A DNA stretch of 63,964 nucleotides, the filler included, from Sluysia triapertura (lineage: Eukaryota): assembly GCA_046118255.1 (NCBI GenBank). It is 5 parts of 5 records of this genome, joined end to end, with 100 filler letters (N's around TTAATTAATTAA, not from the genome) between each part and the next. Parts side by side here need not be neighbours in the genome. Positions count along the whole stretch, not along the records: positions 26,643 to 40,310 come from JBJNIA010026949.1; 4 more parts are not named here. The stretch is one strand, 5' to 3'. This document shows positions 26,643 to 40,410 of this stretch, in pieces; the stretch's first letter is position 1, and each line of letters opens with the position of its first letter. The notes beneath the pieces were generated by a model that was given only the letters and a program-made list of their open reading frames with translations, had not been told where the DNA came from and did no database searches. A program made the translations under genes and the position numbers.

Positions 26643-27995
26643 AACCTTATTAAAATCAATTTAAAAGGTTCGTTTCTTCGAATCTAATTAAAATCTTCAA
26701 GTTATTTTAAAATCTTTAAGTTATTTAAAAATTCAATATTCTATTTTAAGACTTCCTTGTAGACTAATTAAAGTTTTTTAACCATTGAAGACAAATCCAA
26801 CGGTTGGCCGTTAAGTCTGTAAGACCAATACGTTGGTGGACTCACCTTTCTAAGTCTTTATTCAAGCACATTTCTTGCAACACAACAAAATCAATATTCA
26901 AAACATTTCATAACTCGTAATACCCCCAAACAAAAAATTACAATACACCAAATTTAGATTCAATACTGAAAATCATCAAACATTTACTTAAAAGTTAATC
27001 CGAAATAATGCAAACTCAATACAATACATTTCACAAAAAATCATATTAACTATTCTTACGTCTTAACCTTTACATATTTTATTTTTTCTCAATCCACTAA
27101 AACTAGACTCCTTTTAAAACCATTAATATACATTAGATTTTATTTTAAACATTTTAATATACAATATGTCAAAATTCAAACTACAATTACATTCAAATCA
27201 CAATCTTATTCTAAATATCTCAATTCATAAATATCTCAACTTCCAAATTTTATCTTCAACTAAATCTATCAATTTACATTTTTAAACTCAGTTAAAACAT
27301 TTTATGCATTATCAAATAACGTCAGAATCACAATTATACCTTAAACCTTCCAACACATACCTTCAAATCATTACAAAGCATTTCAAGCTTAAAACATTTC
27401 AACATTCAATCTTGTATACCATCCAAAGCTTCACAATTATATTTATGTCGAGAAAAGATAAAACATTGCAGGAAGTTCATGTTTATTGGATATTAAAAAG
27501 ATTTATGCACATTTATATTTTGATTTTATTTTCCTTTTAAACATTTTATTATCATCGTCATTATTTTATTCTAACTATTTATTATATCAATTATTATTAT
27601 TTCTAATCATTTGATTATTGTTACGAAGGCACTATTATTTAGACTATCAATTTTAGTAATATAATCTGCCACCAGTCGACAGTAACTCAATTAAATCAAA
27701 TCAAAATATCTTATAAACTGTCGGCTGCTGCACAAATGTTTATATCTAATTAGTATATTTGATTGAACGTCCAATCAATCATATTATTCTACATCTTTGT
27801 TCTAACTGGACCTCCAATCAAAAGAAAATTAAAAGATGGGAAAGGCAAATGGATATAATAAACAAAATTTGAAACACAAGTACTGATATTAGGGTGTCAA
27901 AAGATGTAATATGTTTAATAGATTATAACCATTTTTTACGAGACTCTGAAAATTAGCAAGCTTACTGAAATTATGTATTATTAAAAATAATTAAG

Positions 27996-28780
27996 ACACG
28001 ACTGAAGATCCTGACGCAGAAGATTATGAAACACGAGAAGATTATTATTTCGACGATGATTATAAAGTTCATGAGCCTAAAATGAGTTATGTGCCTGAAA
28101 GTAATTCGGAAAATTTGTTAAAACCACGTTATAAAAAGTACAAAAATCGTAGTTGTACTACGAAGAATTAGATGAAATTAATAATGGGTTTAACTAATCA
28201 TGAAAGAATTATATATAAATGATAACCAAATAATTCCGAGGAAACGAGTTATGCATATGAAATAGGATTTGGATCGGGATTTTATTATATTCGAAGTATG
28301 TTCAGTCCGGATGTGTTATAAAACTAATAATTGATTCAATCACGAATTGGCCAAATGTAAATAATAGAACGAATCTCGACATTGAAACAGATTGGCCTAG
28401 TCTTACGTGGGATACTTCATTAATCTAAACTCAAAATGGATTAAGATTTAACGATACGTGGCTTTACGAATTACGATGGACCTCGTTAGGGCATAATTAC
28501 CAATGGACAAATCGAATCCACAATATCTTGGAAGTATTACCTAAGAACAATACGTATTACCTAAGAACAAAGTGGTTGAAAAGGAATCACTTGCAACGAC
28601 ATGTCTTTCCAAATTTGATTTTCCATAAAGTTGTCATTAGTCTATTTGAAGTCAATCTTAAAAAACCGTCACTTACTATGTTCAAATGATGCATCATGCT
28701 TCATGTAATAATAATCCTCGGATTTATACAAAGATTTGCATTACTAAGAACAATTCGATAAGCAAACAAAGTACCGAATG
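27996..28780 (+). pseudogene. ALKBH1: ALKBH1-like dioxygenase pseudogene or fragment
   Basis: AYEIGFGSGFYYIRSMFSP...KLIIDSITNWPNVNNRTNLD...WLYELRWTSLGHNYQWTNR matches ALKBH1 GFIFIPNPF...PNVCNLD...LLEKLRWVTVGYHYNWDSK. Several stops and frameshifts; the HxD catalytic segment is not recognisable. Confidence 0.75.
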
Positions 28781-30120
28781 ATTTATTGATATATTTTAAT
28801 AAACAAAAAATATCGGTCAAAACCAGGACGCTCATATTCAAAAGATGAATCACATTCACTGAAATGTTAAAAACTTGTTGGTGATCATCCCAAACCGTAG
28901 ACTTCACCGTATCCTCCGCAACTAACGTTTTGAGAGCAATGATACTTATAAAATAAAATGTCACCCAGCATTGAAAAATTATAATACTTTTGTTTTCTGA
29001 ATATTATTAAACACTTACGAGTAGATTTGATCTAATAAAATATTTGATTTTAATTTTATTATTTGTAGAAACAAATAAATATTTCCGAAGATTTTTCGAT
29101 CATTTTAGTATCTTTTTTGCCGAGTTTATATTACAATATCTTTTTATGAATGTGTAAACCTTATGTCCCAAATTTTACATCCTAAACCTTGTGACTCATG
29201 TCCGCTATAATTAAATGAATATCAATACTAAAAAGTTTTCAATGTGATTTTATATGAGATATTACCTAACCTAAATAGTAACCTTCTCTAAATAATAGTC
29301 TTGAAATAATAGCCGCCTATTTTGATGATGTATTATCATATTTCATTTATTTTATTTTATGCAACCTGAAGCTTGACAATCATCAATGATTGGATAACGA
29401 ATATTAATGTGCTGATTATGTCAAAGTAGCATGCAAGTTCAAAAAATGTTTGTCTAGTTCTGATAGTAATAAAAATCAATATTATATTAAGTAACAAATT
29501 CTGTAATAATAATATTACTATTATTAAATAATTAATAACAGTATTATTCTAATTATATAACAATGACATACTCAGACAATCTTCGAATGTGTCAAACAGT
29601 ATGAATGCCTTTTTTAAAATTTCATTTATACACATTTATATACAAATGCTAATTCAATCTTTCTTTCAAGCTTGAATAATACTATTCACTTACCCAACTA
29701 AATAAACACGAAAATATTACTGAAGATATGTTTCTCTCTCTGGAAGTATTACCAATTTTAATAATTGTATCTATATCTAAAATTAATTTAGCAATTTCAA
29801 ATTATTAGTACATTTCAAATTATTATAATTGTCTCACAAAATCAATAATATTTGCATTTTCATTGTATTATTTATTATAAGTTATAAAAATAATATTCAA
29901 ATATTTACATATATTTTCTATTTACATCTTGAAAATAATTAATTTGACTATTTCAAAAACGAATTTAACAATAAGTTTTAATCATTATAATCTTAACAAA
30001 TGAGAAAATTCGGTTGCATTATTGAAATAAATTAGTATATATTATTTACCTAATTAATAGCGTGAGAAAAACATGTGTTGTACACAAAAAATTGAATTAC
30101 AAAATGAAAACAAAACATAC

Positions 30121-30404
30121 TTCGAATTAGCTTTTCGACGTGGAATTGTTTGAGGTCGTAAATTCTGAATTTGTTGTGGTTGCTGCTGTTTCTGAGATTG
30201 TATTCCTACTGAACTTAAACTGTCTGATCGATTCATTGAATTAATTCGTATTGCTGGTTGCCTAATTCGATCATTATCATCATTTCGTGATTCGAAAAAT
30301 CTAATTCTATTAGCAACAGAACAAACATTATTATGATTTAAATCGATCATGGAACAACTCAATTTTACGGAATTATTAATATTGATATTATTATTCATCG
30401 TCAT
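30121..30404 (-). CDS. Probable first exon of an unknown gene with a low-complexity N/Q-rich N-terminus
   Basis: ATG-initiated open frame (...SVANRIRFFE...QQQPQQIQ...RRKANSK) ending at a strong GTATGT donor at 30120. Downstream exons not identified. Confidence 0.45.
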
Positions 30405-32182
30405 TATTTAAAGTCCATTTTGTAATGATGAAGATGATTATTATTTGTCGATGAAAATTTTAAAATTATCTATATATAGTTCTTTAAATTGATATCATTG
30501 AATTTTAAGCGATAAAAAGCATACATCAAATTTTCAATTAATGATCATATTTGTGTGCCTGTGCATGTGCAATTTAATTGTTGTAATTGATTTGTTAAAA
30601 ATTAACTGTGTGTATTTGTGTTTGTACTTTTATGCATAAAATTTATACTTATTTTAACAAATGTCAATTGAGTCTAAAATAATTTTTATTTGAAAATAAT
30701 TATATATACTTTTAAAACTCGAAAATAATCAATAAAAAACACCTAAAAATCATTTAAAAAAAGTAATCTTTACATTTCATTGGAAGAAAATGTTGATCTT
30801 GTTAAAGTTCGATCTACTCGATAACCAGAATTTGTTACTAATTCTTCGTGTAACGTTTTTACATCTAATAGAAAAAAAGGAATATTATCAAGACATAACT
30901 AACCAATAGAATGACGCCGACGTTTACTAAAATAGAAATACTAATCTTTAATTAAACAGTAAGTAAAATAATAACAAACAATGTGTACATATATACGTTA
31001 TAAATAATATATCAAGTCACAAATGAGAAAACACGTGGATCTTGTTATTCAGTGCTTATCAATAAGCTGTTAAAATGTTATTTTGTGTGTTATTATAGTA
31101 AACTAGACTAGAAAAAATTATAAAAAATGCAAACATTGTTGAGTTGCCGTAGGATATCTCCGTCTATAATAACTAACTTCATATGCACAGAGACCACCAT
31201 GAAGTAAAGTCATCCTAGATTTCAATTATTAGACTAAGGACGACCATTTTTGTGATAAAATTCAACATCTTTCAAGGATACTATGAAACTATTCATCAAA
31301 AGTGTATAAAAACATTGTCACGGAAAATGTAAAATGTTGGAAAATAACTACTTTCTCCAAAAAAGTTCTGGTGAAAGTAAAATAATAGATAAAAATACTC
31401 AGATCCAAAACATTCGGAAATTTTATTCATGTAGAATGTGATAACACAATTTACTACAAATCAAATATGTAGAAACTGTTGTATCAGTATACTTTGTTTG
31501 CCCTCCTTTGTTATCCACGGACGAGCTCGTCGTTGTGTGATTCATGTCTGGAGAGTTTGCAAGTCAGGGTAACATATATTAATATTAATATTTATAATTA
31601 TTACTAAATTAATACGGCATATAAAATAAGAATATTTTAATTATTATAAACTTTGACACAATATCGCCGTCTTCTAACCATAGGTATAACTGGAATTCAG
31701 GTGTTTTGTAAGGGTAGCATATTGCAGAATATTGCCGGATGTTCTACCGTTACTGACATTCTTACATCAGAAATACATAATAATAATAATTATTATTATT
31801 ATATTACTACTATTATGATGATGATTATTATTATTCATTACTGAGAAACTTTAAGAACAATAATATTTCTGAAATATTTCTTCTGTTATTCTCCATGAAA
31901 CAATTTTAATCTACCAAAATAAATTAAAAGCGATTGAAAACCATTTGAAAGATATTTATTGTTTGTTCTGGAAAAATGAACTAATGAGGAAGTTAATCGA
32001 TTGTGGCGGAGAATGTCTCACCGCTTGAGATACTGGGATATTTGTTTTTTCTAATGAGTTAATGAATTCATTTTATCTGGAATTTTTTTTGGCATACGTT
32101 TTATTGAATATTGTGAAGTCAAATGAGGTTTGTTTAAAGTATGGAGTTTCTTAGAGATCAAGACTTGGTCAAGTATTGTTTA

Positions 32183-33531
32183 CAATACACCCTGTCCAAT
32201 ATGAACCCTGCTTAATATGAATATTTATTGAAAACCATATTGTTTTCACGGAAAATTGCAGTTTATAATAAGAACACAATGTTTATATTTAACAATGAAC
32301 AATGATTGGTTTAAAATAAATTAATAATTTCTCCATTTTTTCTTTTAAATGTTCATTTTTAACAGTCTTTTACGAATATGTAAAATACAAATCCAAAACG
32401 AAATTATTAAAATTATTAAAGGTTGTTCTCAACGTTTTCTTTCATCAAAATACACTCTTTCATTAGGTTGTATAAATAATCCCATTTTGAAGACAAACTT
32501 GAATAGCAAACAGATATCAAGTTGATGGTATCCTGTATGAATGGTTCCAGATTCAGAGAACAAGAAATATCAGTAACAGTGGTGATACATTGTAACAGAA
32601 GACATAAGGAAATCATGATTTTAAAGCATCAAACGGTTGGCTTAATTCTTTTCTTTCCAGGCAGATAATATCATCCAAAAGAATTATTGGGGAATCAAAA
32701 ACTGTGGATGAAAGGTGTATTCTTAATTTCAAGGAATTGTATATGTCAAAGTTAAAAGAATATGAAGATAGAAATGTTTATAATTGTTCATTAAACAGAA
32801 CATATACAGTTTCTCAAGAAGATAAAGCAAATGGTAAGTTTTCTAAAGATCGGAGAAACCTGGTTGCTTTAAACATTTCTCTATAGAAAAAGTACCTGTT
32901 TATTACGGTTGAATACAAAGACGTTAACAACTTATCAGGATTGGTCAAAAGATTTGAACAGTAAAATGAAAGCCGAGGAGCGGAAAATTTTATTATTATT
33001 CATCCAAAAGACTTAGGTATTATAAAAAGTTATTATTAAAGTCTAATATAAGAAGTTTTTGAGCATGTCAATGAATTTTAATTTAGATAATAATGCTACA
33101 CAAGAGTTATGGTGCAAAAGGTTGATTTGTATCATGAATGGAATAGTGTAAAACCAGTAACTATCTCGAAAATGTGTATGTTAAAGAAGTGAATGCTGAT
33201 CTAGTAGAGAAGTATGAAAAAGAGGAAACAAATGATAATTCTGTTGAAGAGGTAGAAGATATAGTAATGACAGTAAACAAATAATTCCAAGCTAATATTA
33301 TGTGGGATCTGATGGATGAAATAGAAGGAGAAACAGCATCTAGACAATTAAAAATCGCAGACTTTATTAGGTGTCAAAGTAGTAAAAATTGTAATAAATA
33401 GGTAAAATAAATACAAAATAAACAATCTTTGTTATTGTTATGTTAATGGATGTTCATATCATTATATTTTTAATACGGACATTTGAAAAACTTGGTACGC
33501 TACTGTTCATATTGAACAGGGTTGAGTTCTG
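32183..33531 (+). mobile_element. Decayed Tigger/pogo element with both TIRs
   Basis: TA|CAATACACCCTGTCCAATATGAAC on the left and GTTCATATTGAACAGGGT (33505-33522) on the right. Transposase remnants: DFKASNGWLNSFLSRQIISSKRIIGESKTVD, VYNC, GKFSKDR, HPKDLGIIKS. Confidence 0.88.
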
Positions 33532-33585
33532 TTTGCTGGATACATAATTTCTTTTTATATTTTTAATTAATAAAATATAATTGTT

Positions 33586-33587
<2 letters not shown>

Positions 33588-33632
<45 letters not shown>
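33588..33632. repeat. (AAT)n microsatellite
   Basis: About 15 perfect AAT units. Confidence 0.9.
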
Positions 33633-33633
<1 letters not shown>

Positions 33634-36600
33634 GTAATATATTAATTATAATAACAATAATAATTTCAATAACAACTGTCGAAGGAGAAATATTAATAAG
33701 ATCTTCGTGGATCTTAAGCATAATAGAAGTAGAATCTTATCAAAATGTTTCAAAGTCGTATATATTTAGGTTTAGTTAAAAAAAACCTCAAAAAATTATA
33801 GATATATATAAAATAGAATAATGAAATAATTGATAAAATAATTTTTCTATTAAAATTTAATCTACTAATTATTATCACTAATACATTAATTAAGTAAATT
33901 CAATTATAAATCAATAACTAACCGCGATAACATATGGCACATCCAAATAAAACTAAATACCAAGCAAAATAAATCGAATCTAGCTTGAAATGAATATAAA
34001 AGAAAAAAAGTGAATACTAATAATAATAATAATAACGATAATAATAACAATTATAATAATAATAATAAGAATTTGTTTAATTTCACAGAAACAATTAATC
34101 CTTCTATTTATAGCAAATGAAATCAACGTAATTCAATTGGTTCACTGGAAAGATAAATAACAGAATCTTATTGGTCCATTTAATTGAAATTAGTTAAATT
34201 ATTATTATTTTTAAAAAAAAATTTATCATTTCCTAATTCATTCGTTTATTTAATTAATTTTCATTTTTGAATTTTTGTTATTTGTTTCGATATTTTTGTA
34301 TTTGAATTGTTTTAATTTATCGGTAGAAAATTTTTCAAGGTCGCTTTTTTAATTAATTTTTGATTGACCTACTTGTTTTGCTTTCGTTGCAATTTTTAAA
34401 TAACAAATTCATTATCGATCAAGTTGTTATTGTTAAGGGTCTTAATGAATGACACGATATAATTAACATTGCTGCAAGTTGTGCAGAGCGTGCCATGCCT
34501 GTCTTCCAGTATAAAGTGCTATAAAAGGTGGCCTCAAATTGTGCTCGTATTTTGATATACAGTGTCGCTAATAATAGTATTGACATAAGAAGAGCGAATT
34601 GAAAATGTGCTTTTAGAAATTCTGTTATCCTGGAATGCATACTGCGGTGTGGTGCCTGTCCTTTGATTAAGGGCCAGAATGAAAATATATAGAAAAATTA
34701 ATATGATGACAAAAAACTGAATTATGATGAAGTATTATCATTATTATTATCACTATTATTATTATTAGCATCATCATCATTATTATTATTTCTTAATTTA
34801 CAGAATAAAAGATTTATTACAGTGAGTCCACCAACGTGCCAGACTTACGATTAGGGCTAGCTCTTGGATTTTAGAAACAGTTCTGTGAAAGAGGTCAGAT
34901 ACTAAAGTTGTAATTGAACCAATGTTCTTAAGGATCCTCTTGTAACTATATCACTTTATTAAGAAATTGATAAATCAATAAATAAATCAATTAATAAATT
35001 ATTAATAAATCAATTTATTTATTACAATTTATTAAACTGTAACCCAACAGTTTGCATATTTTATTTACTTTATTAAATAATATAAGTGTAAATAATATTC
35101 AAAAATTATTAAGATTATAATGCTTTAGTATTAATTTAAAAGAGATTACATACAGTTAATATAAATTAAAAATTTAGTAACAAATAACTATCAAATTTGT
35201 ATAAATAATCATTTTAAAGTATGATTCAATAGAGACAGTATATAATTAAAATTTATAAACATTAAATCTCACCATTATAGTTAAGAAATTATCTTAAAAT
35301 AGGAATTAATAATAATAATAATATGAAATTAAATTTTAAGAGCATAAAACTCGACCGAAATTATCTTAAAAACATGATTCAGGATAATATACAAGATAAA
35401 TTATTTTAAACTATTATAGGATTATTAAAAATAAAGAACATCATTCTCGCTCAAAATTAACTTAAATTAAAGATTTGATAGAATAGACAAAGTTGTATGC
35501 AATCAATATTTTAGAGCATCACAATCGAATAAAATCATCTTAAACTAGCAATCAATAATAGTAATATGAAATCAAATTTTAAAAAATAAAACCATATATA
35601 GAATTATGCAATGATTTGTTATTTTGAAGTTTAATGTTTTTTCTAGTTTATGTAGTGAGTCCCTTACTATCTAGTCTTATTCACTTAAGGGCTAAGTTGT
35701 AAGTAGCAATCAAGAAGAATTTAATCAGAGGTATTTGAAAATATTAAAGTAAAAATGAATGTAATCGTATCTTTTGTGTAGAAGCTCGAGATAATATATA
35801 AATTTTATATTTTCTATTCTCTTTTACAAAATCAAGAATTAAATGTTAAGTGATATTTTACTACCGTACTGAAATAACGGAATCCTTAATACATCTTTAC
35901 AATTAAACTGAAATTTACGTGTATTTTTCAACCGAGTAAAATCGGTGGGCCTTACTTTATATACAATAAACAAAAATTCATTAAATCGTAAGTATATTAA
36001 GATAAAAATGATGCAAATTTATATGATTACCATGTAATCATTATAATTAAGTTTTGAAAATAAAGTTTACAACACCTATTAAAAGGGTTGTTAATTTTAA
36101 TAAAGATTTTATGTAAAAGTTACAATCTTATATTCAAAAAGAATGACTTATAGAAATCAAACTAACGAATAATTTGTAGCTAATGAAAAGTATTCCAAGG
36201 AATGCGTATAGACAAAATGTGTTTGTGAACTAAATTATAAATTAATAAACTTGTAAAACTGAAACTCCCAATATAATTTTTTGTATTAATCATAAGATTC
36301 TTCCTTAACGACATAGATTTGATGTTACTGGTGATGTTTATAATTTCATCATAGCCGGATGCCCTCACCTCCACTGAATTCCATGCACTATACGATTCTG
36401 GTCGACCATAGGCATTGTCCTCATGAGTTGACAGGGATTTGAAATAAACTGAGCGAGTTGTCGGAAAAATTAGATCTAAACAAAAATGTTTTCCTTTCGT
36501 AGTTGTGGAAATCTTCAAGATCAGATAGAAACGGTACCGATTTTCTTTAAGAGTTTTGTCTGGTAACAATTTAAAACCTTTTAAAACCACTATTTTAACA

Positions 36601-36964
36601 GCATATATATCATTGTTTCTTGATTCTTCAAAACAACAGTGGAATACAGACATTATAATTTATCAACATTTCAGTGTTATCTGAATAATGATCTTGTTTT
36701 TTAATAAAATAACAAATGTTGGTAGTTTATTAAATTTTGTTAGAATTTTAAATTTCCCACTTGTTTCAGGCCTTAAGTCTGTTTTGTTAAATGTAATTGA
36801 AATATGTTTGATGAGTCTTTATTTACTATTAATTAGTTTAATCAGTGTAATCTTTAATAAAAAGTTAAAAGTAAACAAAATTAATCTTGTCTTTGATAAA
36901 TTAAAACATTTTTCTCCCTCCACAGAGTGGTGTCAGGAGAAGCTATCAAAATTTGTTATTTTCC

Positions 36965-37322
36965 ATAATAATAATTATAATTATTATAACAACAATTATA
37001 ATAATAATAATTATAATATTAATAATAAGTTTTTTAATTAAAACAATAGTAATGACAANNNNNNNNNNNNNNNNNNNNNNNNNNNNNNNNNNNNNNNNNN
37101 NNNNNNNNNNNNNNNNNNNNNNNNNNNNNNNNNNNNNNNNNNNNNNNNNNNNNNNNNNNNNNNNNNNNNNNNNNNNNNNNNNNNNNNNNNNNNNNNNNAT
37201 ACGAATAATAATGATAATAATCATAATAATAATAACAACGACAATAATGCTAACAATAATAACAGTAATAATAATAATAGCAATAATAATAATGCTAACA
37301 ATAATAATATCAATAATAATAA
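36965..37322. repeat. Degenerate (AAT)n tract spanning a true assembly gap (37059-37198)
   Basis: AAT-rich on both sides of a 140-N gap that has no linker. Confidence 0.85.
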
Positions 37323-37900
37323 TTACACGTCTCTTGCCAATTCAAATGTATCTTTATGATTTTCTGCACTTCAAGGGACAGTTTATCCAGCGAGTTGTCA
37401 TAACACGAACAATATAATTAACAATACACATATTTAAAAGAATCATGTTTAAAGCAGTGACAGAAGGATTATTGTCTCATCTACAATTTCTTGTTTTTGT
37501 AGCAACAATACATGATTTTTGTTGTTAATACTCAGTTGCATAAGATTATGTTGCAATAAAACTAGAATGAACAAGATAACGCAATACTAAAAAGATTAAG
37601 AATACTTGGAATGAATATCCTACAGTAAATGTTTTTGAAGATTACTTTTACCAAACAGCTGTGACATTATAATTGATTAAATGTTATTACTGTAACAAAA
37701 TTGTTATATATTATCATATTTATAACCTTCAAATTCTTTTAACTTTTACACATTTTCTACAGTTGTTAAACAAAACTGTGTAAAATAGTTTTCCATCTAA
37801 ATAAATAACTTTATAGTCAAAAATTATTAATAATTGTATAAAAATAAAAATTAAATAAATCGATAATAGACAAAATAAATCTTGGTAATTTGTTTGGATA

Positions 37901-38848
37901 ATGACTGGATTAATAACATTACAATTATTATTTACAACTGTATTAACATGCATAGGCTCATCTATGAATTTTGGATATACTATCGTTGTATTAAGTAATT
38001 TGGAACTCTTAAAAGACAAAATTATCTACGAAACTCATTCAACAAATTTCTCATGTTTTGATGACTATGGTAAAGATTGGTACCCGATAAATGACTCAGT
38101 AAACCGGATTTTCTCAGATAGCTATCGATCATATAATCTTAAAGACAAAGATAATAAGTGTATTATGTTATGACTGTATCATATGACGACTCAAACTCAG
38201 AGGAATGTTTCTAACTGTCAACAAGATGAAACTAAAGACGGAATGATGCATTTATCGAAATATGTACGAAAAATTAAAAATCCGATTATAAAGCATAGTG
38301 ATAATTTGTTTAATCCAATGATTCATAAATTAAAATATTTTTTGCCCTCCACACAGTTACTAATTCGATCATTTACTGAAGTGAAAAAAATGATCAGAAA
38401 AGTAAATGCAGTTTATGTTTGAAAGTTAATAATTGAATTTTATGTTATAGCTAGTCAAGAATGTTTTCACTTATTATATGTTACACCAAAAATGTCATAT
38501 AAAATTCTGAATAATTGGTATAAAGAATTAAGGCAACTTCGTTGGTATATGTCTAATAAATTTGCCAGTAGATTTGTTCCTGAACATGGTTTTACTTACC
38601 AAAAACAAAATTGCTCCAACCTAACTCTTCTCAAGATAAAATTTCATCAACGTCATTCGAAAAATGTCATTTCATTACAAATATATCATCAAAATTATGA
38701 AAACGTTAACTTCAAGATAATATTTAATGATTATATGTATAGTCAAAGACCTTCAAAGATAAAATCAAGCAATGATAATGAAGTACAACGTTTTTATCAT
38801 GAGACTAATAAAATCGACATATTTGAATTTATTATTAATTATTTCTAA
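37901..38848 (+). pseudogene. ORF with an SLC2/GLUT-like first TM helix and a long unrelated tail, interrupted by two in-frame TGA codons
   Basis: MTGLITLQLLFTTVLTCIGSSMNFGYTIVVLSN matches GLUT TM1 (LTxxLxxxxxxxxxGSSxQFGYNxGVxN). ORFs at 37901, 38183 and 38492 share one frame and are separated only by TGA at 38171 and 38420. Confidence 0.6.
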
Positions 38849-40310
38849 AAGACCTTTTATTGTGTCACCTGTTATGCTTGTAGAAAATTTATCCGCAAAA
38901 TACATACAATCGTAAAAACATATGCTTAAAGATATTGAAGCCAAATATCGACCTAATGCTACTGTTGCGTCTTTAAATATTATTAGTTATGGTAACTCAA
39001 TATTATTTTACTTAGCTAAAAAAGAATTTTAATGATTTAAGTAAAATTATACTATATCAAGTATAATTTTAAGTAATTCTCTTACTTAATATCAATAATT
39101 ATTTACCCCAAAAAATTAAGCTCTTCGAAATCAAATCAATAACAACACAAAAATTTACTGGTTAAATAAAAATCAATAACAAATTATTATTGTGATAATT
39201 AACTTATTACTTTTAACAATTTTATTAAAAATTTTATTTTAAACATTACAAAACCACATACATTTTTAAAATATACAATATACACTTTAAAACTCATTAA
39301 AACATTTTTACATAATCCTATGTCAATATAATCAAAATCATATGTTTCAATGTAACACTTATCCTCAAAATCTACAATTCACATTTTTAAGTTCACAGTT
39401 CAATACAAACATAACTAAAATCATATCCTTTTCAACACCACACAACAGCCTTGTAGAATTCGTCAAAATCGTTTCTATATCTTATTTCTTTTCAGATTCA
39501 CCAATATCAACTCCCATTTTTCAAAATATTTTAAATCTACAATCTCATAACATCCAAATCACAATGACATTCAAAACCATCAATTTACATAAAAAATGCA
39601 TATAAAATATTTTATTCACCATTTCATAACATTCTAACCACAACTACATTCGAAATTAACTGCAAGGCACCTTCAAATCAATTCAAATATTCTAAATTCA
39701 TGATCTGTTATCATTTAATCCCTAACATCATAAAAAGACAATGTTTCTCAAAAATATCAAGAAAATAAATCATATTTTTAACATTGTATAACATATTATA
39801 ACATTGTATAATTAATACTAATACTTTATATATCTCCAAGAGAAGCAATATTAATATAATACAAGATGTTAATCATAATCAAATTATCAAATATTTTAAT
39901 ATATAGGATATGGGGTATGATGCTGTTTTATATGGTTTGTTATTATGAGTTAGAAAACGTTTCATAGTATATGAAGGCTTTGAGGGCGTTATATTAGATA
40001 AAGTAAGAAGATAATGGTTGATTTTAAACTTTGAAAACTTGTATTCATCTTTAAAAATTTTACGTAATAATAACTTATGAACTAAGATAGCGGATATAAT
40101 AAAGTTATAGTTGCTTTTCAATTGAGTATTCTTGTTTTCGAGTAATGAAAGATTTATTACTTTAAATATCTTTGTATGGCCGATTATTAGATTAGATCTC
40201 ATTATTAAGTTAGAAACTTTGTAGTATCGTTCAATATAATTCTTATGAATTTTAATTTTATTATTTATTACATCGTGAATAACTTTAAGCCCAAGCGCAT
40301 AGGTAATTAA

Positions 40311-40410
40311 NNNNNNNNNNNNNNNNNNNNNNNNNNNNNNNNNNNNNNNNNNNNTTAATTAATTAANNNNNNNNNNNNNNNNNNNNNNNNNNNNNNNNNN
40401 NNNNNNNNNN
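40311..40410. other. Artificial 100-nt scaffold linker
   Basis: N44-TTAATTAATTAA-N44. Confidence 0.95.

Noticed and set aside
34419-34680. Higher-GC island with a 73-aa ORF
   Set aside because: Probably decayed coding DNA, but no family is recognisable in any frame.
36180-36653. 157-aa minus ORF, faintly protease-like
   Set aside because: No DTG/DSG motif or other recognisable domain; left unassigned.
36946-37417. Poly-Ile ORFs (and the poly-Leu ORF at 52898-53092)
   Set aside because: They are translations of AAT/ATT microsatellites and N gaps.
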